DNA of 14,708 nucleotides, from positions 1 through 14,708 of the forward strand of contig CAZOYD010000078.1 in assembly GCA_964583985.1 (NCBI GenBank), given 5' to 3'. The notes under the pieces are model-generated. The model was not told where the DNA came from, ran no database searches, and saw nothing but the letters and a program-made list of their open reading frames with translations. The translations under genes and the position numbers were made by a program. The DNA is from an uncultured archaeon (lineage in GTDB: Archaea; Asgardarchaeota; Lokiarchaeia; Sigyniarchaeales; SOKP01). Positions 6,712 to 14,708 of this stretch are shown here, in pieces (position 1 is the first letter of the stretch; each line of letters opens with the position of its first letter).

Positions 6712-7698
6712 TTAACTAATTATTTTTATTCCTATTTTTACAAATTTCCTTTCTCCTGGTTCTAAAAATTTTTCAAACGCATTTTGAATCTGAATTAATG
6801 GCATTATACAAGTAATATGTTCATTGGCATCTATTTTATTTTGAGAAAAAAAGTTTAAAGCTAGATTTATATCCTCATAGTCATGACCAAGTACTCCTTT
6901 TATTATCGCTTCTTTTGAATTAATAAGAAACATTGGAAATGACACACTACCTTTATATACACCTTCTAGTAAAATAGTACCACCTCGTTCAACCAAATCA
7001 ATTGCTAACAAAATTGATTTTTCATTGCCAGCGCAATCAAATATGAATGTTGGAGATCCATTATCCTTTAAATACTTCTTTAATATTGATTTATTTGGAG
7101 GGAACGCCTCACTTGCTCCCATTTTTTTTGACACGTTCCTTAAGTATTCATGCGGTTCGACTACAACTAGATATTTTGGTTTTTTTTCACTTAAAATATA
7201 TTTTAAAAAACATAATCCAATATTCCCGCCTCCAATAATTACCACTTTTTCATTCTGGCTAATATTTGATAAGCGAACTCCTCTTGCTGCATTAGCGAAT
7301 GATTCAATCATAAGAGCTTCTTTTGTTGATACGTTATTAGGTATGTGAAAGAGATATTTTCTGGGAACTTTAACAAACTCGGCAAAACCTCCATTCTGAA
7401 ATATTCCCATACCATCTAACTTCTTCTCACTTAAATCTAATTTAACATTAATTCCACATGCTCTATCACCGATTTTTACATCATTAATATTCTTTCCAAT
7501 TTGTACTACTTCTCCAGTGAATTCATGACCCATTATTAATGGAACCTGATACATTTTGAATTTATAATTCGTCACATCACTTCCACAGATCCCACAATAA
7601 TGAACTTTTAGGATGATATCATCATCTTCTGGTGTTGGATTGGGATAATCTTCTCGATATATTATTTTCCTCACGTCTTCAAAAATTGCTGCTTTCAT
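6712..7698 (-). CDS. Zn-dependent medium-chain alcohol dehydrogenase (threonine/sorbitol dehydrogenase-like MDR)
   Basis: CGICGSD, GHEFTGEV, GDR, GGFAEF, Rossmann GGGNIG with acidic VVEPH (NAD-type) and FDCAG. Substrate cannot be determined from sequence. Confidence 0.9.
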   Translation of the reverse strand: MKAAIFEDVRKIIYREDYPNPTPEDDDIILKVHYCGICGSDVTNYKFKMYQVPLIMGHEFTGEVVQIGKNINDVKIGDRACGINVKLDLSEKKLDGMGIFQNGGFAEFVKVPRKYLFHIPNNVSTKEALMIESFANAARGVRLSNISQNEKVVIIGGGNIGLCFLKYILSEKKPKYLVVVEPHEYLRNVSKKMGASEAFPPNKSILKKYLKDNGSPTFIFDCAGNEKSILLAIDLVERGGTILLEGVYKGSVSFPMFLINSKEAIIKGVLGHDYEDINLALNFFSQNKIDANEHITCIMPLIQIQNAFEKFLEPGERKFVKIGIKIIS

Positions 7699-7825
7699 AA
7701 TTGGTTCGTTTAAAAAATTTAATTTTTATCTTGATTTGTTAATTTTTTGTTATTTTAATTCTTTATTTTACTTTTTATGTTGGCATATAATAAGCTTCAC
7801 AAAATTTAATGGTTAAAATTAATTT

Positions 7826-7846
7826 AAAATCTTATATAATTTTTCG
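7826..7846. promoter_or_regulatory. Palindromic TATA element (TTATATAA, 7832-7839) in the divergent ADH/AOR intergenic region
   Basis: AAAATC-TTATATAA on the plus strand and CGAAAAA-TTATATAA on the minus strand. It lies 40 nt upstream of the AOR TTG, which has GGGGAG (7865-7870) as a likely RBS. Confidence 0.45.
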
Positions 7847-7879
7847 AATTATTTGGTAATTATAGGGGAGAGCAGATAA

Positions 7880-9739
7880 TTGAAAAATCAAGAAGTTTTT
7901 GGTTTTACAGGAGCATTATTGAAGGTGGATCTTAGCCAAGATAAAACTTCATTTGAACCGCTCAATATCGGATATGCTACTGAATTTTTTGGTGGAGCTG
8001 GGTATGCATGTCGCTATTTAATTGATAAACTTGATAAAAATGTTGATGGCTTGTCCTCTCAGAATATTTTAATGATAATGAACGGTCCATTTACTCTAAC
8101 AGGAGCGCCGTCATCTAGTAGGTTTGTAATTTGTTCAAAATCACCATATACAAATTTATGGGGGGAAGCAAATTGTGGAGGAACTTTTGGTCCAGAATTG
8201 AAAAAGGCGGGTCTTGATGGAATAATAATAACAGGAAAATCAGATAAACCAGTTTATTTACAAATTATGAATGATAAAATAAACCTATTTGATGCGGGAG
8301 CTCTCTGGGGAAAAGGAATAAAAGAAACAAGAGAAAAACTGAAAGAATCATCTAATTCCCCTAAGGCAAAAGTTTTATGTATTGGACAAGCGGGGGAGAA
8401 TCAAGTTAAATTTGCTAATGTAAATGCAGAAGGGCGATCTGCTGGACGAACTGGTATGGGGGCTGTATTTGGTTCGAAAAACTTGAAAGCAATAATTGTT
8501 AAAGGATCATCGTTCAAGCCTAAAGTATTTTCTCCTTCCGACTTTAAAATGTCAATAAAGAAGATACTCAGTTCCATCCTAAGATCCAGTATCACGCAAG
8601 TTTTAAAAGATATGGGAACTAGTGCTGGGATAATGGGTGCGTATTCATTAGGAGATTTACCGATCAAATATTGGTCGAAAGGTGAATGGAATGACATATT
8701 AGATATTTCGGGCGAAGTTTTGAAAGAAAAGTTCTTGGTTAAAAATAAGTCATGTCATGGTTGCTCCATAGGATGTGGCAGGATCATCAGTATATCTCAT
8801 AAGAATTATGAAGTTCCTCTTTGTGAAGGTCCTGAATATGAAACAATTGCTGGTTTTGGCGCCATGATATTAAACAATGATTTAGAATCAATTTCTATTG
8901 CAAATGATATGTGTAATGACTATGGATTAGATACTATTAGTACCAGTAGCAGCATTGCACTATTGTTTGATTTATATAACAAGGGAATAATTGGAAAAAA
9001 GCAAACAGACAATTTAAATCTTTCATGGGGTCAAGCAGATTCGATGTTGACTTTAATTAAAAAAACAGCTTTCAAAGATGGAATTGGTCAACTAATAGCA
9101 GAAGGATCAGACACGATAGGATCTAAATTTAATGTTTCTAAACATAATATAGCAACTATAAACAAATTGGAAGTTCCCTATCATGACATGAGATTTTGTC
9201 ATGGAATGGCATTGACTTATGCTTTTAGTCCTCGAGGACCCTGTCATACCTCTGCTGATGGATTTAAAGTATTAAGGAAATCTGTTGAAATAGATTTTTC
9301 ATCCTTAGGTATAGAAAAAGTCACAATGAATTATGATAATGATAAAATGATTAAAGGGATAATCATTCTACAAGACTATAGAAGTTTGTATTCAAGTTTA
9401 ATTACATGTTTCTTTGCAAATCCACCGCCTGAATATATAATTGAATTAATAAATAATTTATTAGGAAGTGAATTGAATATTGATTCTACAAAATTATTAG
9501 GTGAAAGAATCTTTACTTTGAAGAGGTTGTTTAATATCCAAATGGGAATAAAATCTGTAAATGATGGAGTTCCTAAAATTTTATTAACTCCTTTAAAAGA
9601 AGGCCCTCTAAAAGGTTCATCACCAGATTTTACACAAATGAAAAAGAAATACTATTATTTAAGAGATTGGAATGAAATTACGGGAATTCCTAACCCTAGA
9701 ACAATAAAAAGGTTAGGGTTAGCAAGGTTAAAATTTTAA
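7880..9739 (+). CDS. aor: Tungsten-containing aldehyde:ferredoxin oxidoreductase family protein
   Basis: LLKVDLS, KSPYT..GEANCGGTFGPELKKAGLDGIIITGKS, IGQAGE, GRTGMGAVFGSKNLKAI, 4Fe-4S motif CHGCSIGC plus distal SLITC, EGPEYET, DYGLDTIS, PRGPCH and YYYLRDW. TTG start with RBS. Confidence 0.95.
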   Translation: MKNQEVFGFTGALLKVDLSQDKTSFEPLNIGYATEFFGGAGYACRYLIDKLDKNVDGLSSQNILMIMNGPFTLTGAPSSSRFVICSKSPYTNLWGEANCGGTFGPELKKAGLDGIIITGKSDKPVYLQIMNDKINLFDAGALWGKGIKETREKLKESSNSPKAKVLCIGQAGENQVKFANVNAEGRSAGRTGMGAVFGSKNLKAIIVKGSSFKPKVFSPSDFKMSIKKILSSILRSSITQVLKDMGTSAGIMGAYSLGDLPIKYWSKGEWNDILDISGEVLKEKFLVKNKSCHGCSIGCGRIISISHKNYEVPLCEGPEYETIAGFGAMILNNDLESISIANDMCNDYGLDTISTSSSIALLFDLYNKGIIGKKQTDNLNLSWGQADSMLTLIKKTAFKDGIGQLIAEGSDTIGSKFNVSKHNIATINKLEVPYHDMRFCHGMALTYAFSPRGPCHTSADGFKVLRKSVEIDFSSLGIEKVTMNYDNDKMIKGIIILQDYRSLYSSLITCFFANPPPEYIIELINNLLGSELNIDSTKLLGERIFTLKRLFNIQMGIKSVNDGVPKILLTPLKEGPLKGSSPDFTQMKKKYYYLRDWNEITGIPNPRTIKRLGLARLKF

Positions 9740-9787
9740 ATTGACAATAATATTTAATTAAAATACAGAATATGGGAGTTCTTTTTT

Positions 9788-10486
9788 TTGAATCGACGAA
9801 ATGAAGAACATATTACGGGAGGAGGTAAAATACGAAGTGCCATTCTTGGTTTGAATGATGGTTTAATTTCAACATTTACTTTATTAGTGGGTATCGCAAC
9901 TGCAACATTAACAGGAGGAAATTCGATTGTGATTCTAACTGGAATTGCTGCGATGGTTTCAGGGGCAATAAGCATGGGGCTTGGGGAATATATTTCATCA
10001 AAGTCAGAATATAATTATGTCAAAAACGAGATGAAAAAGGAGGAAGCAGAAATTGAGTTATTTCCAGAAGAAGAAAAGCAGGAGGTAAAAGATATTTTTA
10101 TTAACATGGGACTTGAAGGAGATATCTTGGACGCTTGCGTCGAAAATATAACAAAGAGAAAAGATATTTGGCTAAATTTCTTAATAAAAAATGAATTAGA
10201 GTTAGAAGTATCAGATAAACCTTTAATTGGAGCGATAATTACTTTTTTAGCTTTTATTTTCGGTTCATTACTACCCCAATTACCATATTTTCTTAATTTA
10301 GGATTTGTCTCTTTATATATATCGTCAATCTTATCAATGTGCTCACTTTTTGTTGTTGGGGCTTTAAAAACTAAGATAACAGGAGAATCATTTATTAAAA
10401 GTGGATTAGAAATGGTTATAATTGGATTAATTGCATTTATTGCATCCTATGGAATAGGACTTTTATTTGAGCAATTAATTTATTAG
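9788..10486 (+). CDS. VIT1/CCC1 family Fe2+/Mn2+ transporter
   Basis: RSAILGLNDGLIS, GAISMGLGEYISSKSE, a Glu-rich cytoplasmic segment (EMKKEEAEIELFPEEEKQE) and further TM helices. TTG start preceded by GGGAG. Confidence 0.93.
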   Translation: MNRRNEEHITGGGKIRSAILGLNDGLISTFTLLVGIATATLTGGNSIVILTGIAAMVSGAISMGLGEYISSKSEYNYVKNEMKKEEAEIELFPEEEKQEVKDIFINMGLEGDILDACVENITKRKDIWLNFLIKNELELEVSDKPLIGAIITFLAFIFGSLLPQLPYFLNLGFVSLYISSILSMCSLFVVGALKTKITGESFIKSGLEMVIIGLIAFIASYGIGLLFEQLIY

Positions 10487-10496
10487 AAAAAATATG

Positions 10497-11057
10497 TTAG
10501 TTTTCAATTTTTTTAAAAAATTTCTTATCATGGTCACAAATAGGACAAGAAGCGGGTAATCTTCCGATTTCTACATTACCACAAATTTCACATACGTAGA
10601 TATTTGCATTTTCAACCATTTTGTTATCATCAAGCATTTTTAAATAATCGATAAAGAGTTTTCGATGGACATTTTCTGCATTTCTAGCTAAATTAAATGA
10701 AAATTCTGCCAAGTAAGTATGTAATTTTTTAGCATTTTTCATGAATGATTTGTACATGTTGCGAAATTCATATGTTTCACCTGTAATAGCTTGTATTAAA
10801 TTATTTCTTGTATCTTTTACTTTTTTTTGCAGTTCAATTTCATCAATTTTGACTAATTCTACAAAATCGAATTTGGTATCTGAGATTTTTTCATAAGCTT
10901 TAACGTGGTTTTTGATATGGATTTCTTCAGCATGAGATATTGCCTTAAATAAATGAGCAATTTCTTCATATCCGTCTTCTTTCGCTTTTAAAGCAAAAAA
11001 TATGTATTTAGCTTTTGCTATGCTTTCTCCTATTATTGCTACTTCTAAATTTTCCAA
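10497..11057 (-). CDS. rbr: Rubrerythrin (diiron four-helix bundle plus C-terminal rubredoxin-like domain)
   Basis: ENL..AIIGESIA..KY, AEEIH, GETYE...MY, AENVH and YVCEICG...CPIC. The exact start codon is uncertain. Confidence 0.92.
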   Translation of the reverse strand: MENLEVAIIGESIAKAKYIFFALKAKEDGYEEIAHLFKAISHAEEIHIKNHVKAYEKISDTKFDFVELVKIDEIELQKKVKDTRNNLIQAITGETYEFRNMYKSFMKNAKKLHTYLAEFSFNLARNAENVHRKLFIDYLKMLDDNKMVENANIYVCEICGNVEIGRLPASCPICDHDKKFFKKIEN

Positions 11058-11165
11058 TATTAATGAGATTTAAATCACTTCATAAAAGGTATATTGAAAT
11101 ATTATTAAAAGAGAGATTATTAAAAGATAATTATTGCAATTTATATGGGAAAGATAATATATTGA

Positions 11166-14100
11166 TTAATCAACCTTATTTGTAAATTTGATCATATTAG
11201 GTTTGGGTTCATATAAAGTCCCTTCCTTGATAAGTTCTTCAAATGCGCTATTAATAAATTTTTCATCTAAATTTTCTTCCAAATCAAGAATTTGAATGAC
11301 ATTTCTTTTATCCAATGCTATCCAATTGTTTTCTTCAAATATTTCTTTTAATTTATTCATTAGATTATCTAATTTACTTAAAGCACTTCGTGATTGCCCT
11401 ACTAAAATTCGATCCATATCAATTTTACCCGTTGATTCATCATAACCCGTATCTTGAAGATACCTTGAAAAAAGTTTAATAATTGCTTCAACATCACTTT
11501 TTAGTACTTTTTTTCTTAAAGCCATTTTGGCATGTGCTTCACTAAGACGCACCAAGGCATCTAAATTTCTAGCTAAAATAGATACAACTGCATCTTCACT
11601 ATCATATTGCCCTCGTAACTCCAGATAATATTCTTTGATACGATCTTTTGCTTCTGAACTTAGAATTGGGTGGCAAGTCCTACGAGCATGTTTGATATAT
11701 TTTTTTAGCATATCTGCTGGGATTGGGGCTATAATTAGGCTATCATCTTCTAATGGATCTTCAGGATCGACCATCGCATTTTTTAAAATGAATTCTGCCA
11801 TTTGAGCATCATTCGCACGATCGGGTTTATCTACAACTACAAAGATGAGATCAAATCGGGATAATAATGATGGAGGGAGATTTATATTTTGCGTAGGTGT
11901 TTTATATCTATCATATCTCCCAGAACGAGGGTTAGCGGCTGCAATCATCGCTGTTTGAGCTTTTAATGTAGCCACTATTCCTGCTTTAGCGATACTTACA
12001 GTATTATGAAGAACTACACCTTGACTGATAAAGGTGTGATGTGGTTCAATCGTTATATCATATACCCAAGGAGTAAAGAACTTTCCTTTATTAGGAATCT
12101 TTTTAATTTCCTTAATTCTGCCCCAGTTAACGTCAGAATTAATTAAATCACTTAATTTATTTATTTCAGATTCAACATTCCTAAGATGGTTCATTATGGA
12201 ATACTCAACTTGATTGCGGATTTCATTTCGTTTACTCTCTTCATATCCTTTCCTTTCATAGTAATCAACACTGCTTCGTGTAAATCCACAAATTTTTGCT
12301 ATGTCAAATTGCGAAAAGCCTGTTTTTTCCCTAAAATGTTTTATATCTTTGAAATCCTTCAGTATACGTAGAATTTCACAATATTTATCTCTTATGTGAT
12401 TTAAATCTCTTTCAAAAACATTTCGAGTAATCCCATGCTCTTTTTTTTGATGTTTGTAATAATATCCGTCATCTATGATTGCTAATCTTGATTTAAGCTT
12501 TAGGATGATATTTATCACTGAAGTTGGAAAGGAATCATGATGATGAGTTTTCTCTTTGGAGGGATTAATTTTTTTCTTGATTTTTTCATATCGATGATCA
12601 TCTTTTTCTACCAATTCATTAAAAAATTTTATCAGTGAATGTCCCCGTATATATACCTTATATGAATTATTATGGATATCAAGTAATATACGTGTTTGAA
12701 TACCCAATTTCAATAATAAATCTTGATAATCATAACACAGACCTTTTGAAGATGTACGATAGCAAATAGCTGTTGATTCCACACTTCCATCTCCCTTAAA
12801 GGCACTTTTTAAAAAACTTTTGGCGATTTCACGACTACCAGATAAGATTTTTATTGGAATTCTCTTGAAAATTGATTTTTGCATTACTTCGGAGAAATTA
12901 AGCTTCATCCATTTAAATAATTCAATTGAGATATATCTGAGAGTAATTAAACCATCATCCCTAGGATTAACTGAAGGTTTTAATCCAAAGGTATTAAGCA
13001 TAAGTTGCTCCATATCATTCAATAACTCCGAATCCATATTTGAGAATCCAATCTCTGCCCCTGAACCTTTGTGAGAATGTCCCTCACTTACAAGATATCC
13101 TAAGATTCTACTCAATTTTACATCTAACTCAGATGGAAACTCTACTTCTTTTGCATTTGGATATGGATCATTATGCAGACTTGAAAGTTCTACAGGGATG
13201 CTAGAATTAGGTAAGAACTTGGGAAGTGGAATGAAATCATTTTTGGCACATTTATTAGCCTCAACACACGTGATTTCTCCTTCTTTAAATACGAACATAG
13301 GATGTTCTGGAGTGACAATAATTGTTCTTCCATTACTGAAAGTAATCCTATAAAAAATATCAGGAGCTATGTGACGACTAATCCTGTCTGATTTGACATT
13401 GAAAATTTTTCGAAAATCCGTGGAATAAAATTCCAAGTCCTTATATGGTAAGATTTCGCAATTGTTACCCTTAATGACATTCTTTTCATTAGTGTCAAAC
13501 AACTTGTCTGCAAATTCGCCAATTAGTAGCCTAACACCATTTGAACACATTAATTCCGTGTTATAATGGTAAGATTGTTGCTCCATCGCTTCATGTAGAG
13601 CTGATCTATCTGCTGTATCCATCTTGTCAAACTCATCTATTGCTGCTACGCCTCCATTTGCCAATACAATTGCCCCAGCTTCCAAGTTCATTTGCCCTGT
13701 CTCTCCATCCTTTATCACAGCCGCAGTTAAACCAACTGCAGTTGATCCTTTACCAGAAGTATATAGCCCTCTGGGTGATATTTCAATTGCACCTTTCAAA
13801 ATTTCACTCTTACCGGTCCCAGGATCTCCCACAAACAAGACGTGAATATCACCCCTTTTAAAGCCACCTCCAAGTCTTTTCTTTCTTGTACCAGCAAATA
13901 AACTTAAAACAGCAGCTAATTTAAGATCATCACGACCATATATAACAGGTGCTATTGATCTAGCGATTTTTTTCTGAATATTGGGTTCTTTTGAGAGTTT
14001 TTCAATAGCTAACTTATCCTCTTTTGAAAGTTCAATGAATTCATCCACTTTATCTTCGGGATCGATTAAATTTACCTCAATAAAAGTTTTAAATAAATTA

Positions 14101-14708
14101 CTATTCATGCTTTGTCGAGATTGTGCTAATACAGAATTATAAATTCCCATGATTTTCACTCGATCGCCGGGTTTAACAATGTCTACTAAATCATGTGTTA
14201 AAATTGCTTGAACTGATCTTGGAATTCTTCCCGGAGGTAAGTCCTCAGGAATTTCTTGTATCATTATACTTTGCCAATCAATGAATTCAGAAATTTTGGT
14301 TACAAGTCTAAAATCAGATTGTGAATTAGCTTTGCATCTGGTATTAGTGCATCCTTTTGGACCCCTTAATTGTGAAGTGTATTGATCAACTTCTATTTGA
14401 GCACCGCATATATTACACTCAAAAATAGCTTTTACCAACTTTGGTCTGATTGCAGAGCTTCTTACTAAAATCCCTTTCGTCCATACAAGATTGTCGATAT
14501 TTTTGGCTCTCAATCCCCTTAAAGGGATAAATAAAGGGCATTTTTCATCTTTTGTCGAAATTCTTACGAAATAATCTTGATTTATTAATTTGCTCCCTTG
14601 AAATTTGAGAATGTTTTTGAATGCGTCAATAGCATCGCTTAATATGGTATTTGGATCTTTTCTTAACATTTCTGCTATTTCAGAATCAAATGCTAATAAA
14701 TCCTCATA
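11166..14708 (-). CDS. mcm: Replicative helicase MCM, intein-containing; 5'-partial
   Basis: The frame stays open upstream of 14669 to the window edge (YEDLLAFDSEIAEM...), so the true start is outside the window. Zn finger CNIC..CTNTRC, QEIPEDLPPGRIPR, Walker A GDPGTGKS, Walker B IDEFDKM, AAANP, Arg finger LLSRFD, sensor 2 ARNLDALVRLSEAHAK and a C-terminal winged helix. 656 extein residues are visible. Confidence 0.97.
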   Translation of the reverse strand, partial: YEDLLAFDSEIAEMLRKDPNTILSDAIDAFKNILKFQGSKLINQDYFVRISTKDEKCPLFIPLRGLRAKNIDNLVWTKGILVRSSAIRPKLVKAIFECNICGAQIEVDQYTSQLRGPKGCTNTRCKANSQSDFRLVTKISEFIDWQSIMIQEIPEDLPPGRIPRSVQAILTHDLVDIVKPGDRVKIMGIYNSVLAQSRQSMNSNLFKTFIEVNLIDPEDKVDEFIELSKEDKLAIEKLSKEPNIQKKIARSIAPVIYGRDDLKLAAVLSLFAGTRKKRLGGGFKRGDIHVLFVGDPGTGKSEILKGAIEISPRGLYTSGKGSTAVGLTAAVIKDGETGQMNLEAGAIVLANGGVAAIDEFDKMDTADRSALHEAMEQQSYHYNTELMCSNGVRLLIGEFADKLFDTNEKNVIKGNNCEILPYKDLEFYSTDFRKIFNVKSDRISRHIAPDIFYRITFSNGRTIIVTPEHPMFVFKEGEITCVEANKCAKNDFIPLPKFLPNSSIPVELSSLHNDPYPNAKEVEFPSELDVKLSRILGYLVSEGHSHKGSGAEIGFSNMDSELLNDMEQLMLNTFGLKPSVNPRDDGLITLRYISIELFKWMKLNFSEVMQKSIFKRIPIKILSGSREIAKSFLKSAFKGDGSVESTAICYRTSSKGLCYDYQDLLLKLGIQTRILLDIHNNSYKVYIRGHSLIKFFNELVEKDDHRYEKIKKKINPSKEKTHHHDSFPTSVINIILKLKSRLAIIDDGYYYKHQKKEHGITRNVFERDLNHIRDKYCEILRILKDFKDIKHFREKTGFSQFDIAKICGFTRSSVDYYERKGYEESKRNEIRNQVEYSIMNHLRNVESEINKLSDLINSDVNWGRIKEIKKIPNKGKFFTPWVYDITIEPHHTFISQGVVLHNTVSIAKAGIVATLKAQTAMIAAANPRSGRYDRYKTPTQNINLPPSLLSRFDLIFVVVDKPDRANDAQMAEFILKNAMVDPEDPLEDDSLIIAPIPADMLKKYIKHARRTCHPILSSEAKDRIKEYYLELRGQYDSEDAVVSILARNLDALVRLSEAHAKMALRKKVLKSDVEAIIKLFSRYLQDTGYDESTGKIDMDRILVGQSRSALSKLDNLMNKLKEIFEENNWIALDKRNVIQILDLEENLDEKFINSAFEELIKEGTLYEPKPNMIKFTNKVD
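12003..13574 (-). mobile_element. 524-aa intein with LAGLIDADG homing endonuclease, inserted at MCM HEAMEQQ|TVSIAKAG
   Basis: It interrupts the conserved MEQQ-TVSIAKAG motif. Block A SYHYNTELMCSNG (Ser1), block B IIVTPEHPMFV, block C ILGYLVSEG, block E FLKSAFKGDG, block H YQDLLLKLGI, blocks F/G VYDITIEPHHTFISQGVVLHN, +1 residue Thr. Confidence 0.96.

Noticed and set aside
7025-7348. Plus-strand ORFs 7025..7348 and 7047..7238
   Set aside because: Antisense to the well-supported ADH and have no motifs.
8401-9975. Minus-strand ORFs 8401..8697 and 9754..9975
   Set aside because: Antisense shadows of AOR and VIT1.
12186-13861. Plus-strand ORFs 12186..12371, 12820..13074, 13541..13861 and 13624..13845
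   Set aside because: Antisense shadows of MCM and its intein.
14667-14669. ATG at 14669 as the MCM start
   Set aside because: The frame is open to the window edge and encodes MCM-like N-terminal sequence, so this is an internal Met.
1-14708. CRISPR array, tRNA/rRNA, IS element or replication origin near mcm
   Set aside because: By eye I saw no regularly spaced nucleotide repeats, GC-rich structured RNA, transposase or repeated ORB-like boxes; intergenic gaps are short and AT-rich.

Overview
AT-rich archaeal genomic DNA. Gene content and style suggest an Asgard/Lokiarchaeia-type organism, but that is an inference, not a database result. From left to right: (1) a minus-strand ORF of at least 1353 aa that the ORF track missed because it runs off the left edge. 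It has an N-terminal TM helix, a TgpA-type transglutaminase-like domain whose catalytic Cys and His are replaced by Trp and Tyr, and at least four ~230-240 aa tandem beta-rich (Ig-like) repeats. (2) A 304-aa protein with an acidic N-terminus, a Pro-rich pentapeptide repeat carrying adjacent PPxY and PTAP motifs, a long coiled coil and a C-terminal Zn ribbon. (3) An HDAC/AcuC-family deacetylase. (4) A Zn-dependent MDR alcohol dehydrogenase divergent from (5) a tungsten aldehyde:ferredoxin oxidoreductase. (6) A VIT1/CCC1 iron transporter convergent with (7) rubrerythrin. (8) A 5'-truncated MCM helicase with a 524-aa Ser-initiated LAGLIDADG intein that also carries an XRE-type HTH. I found no RNA genes, CRISPR arrays or IS elements. 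The best candidates for new biology are the pseudo-transglutaminase surface protein and the PPxY/PTAP coiled-coil adaptor-like protein.
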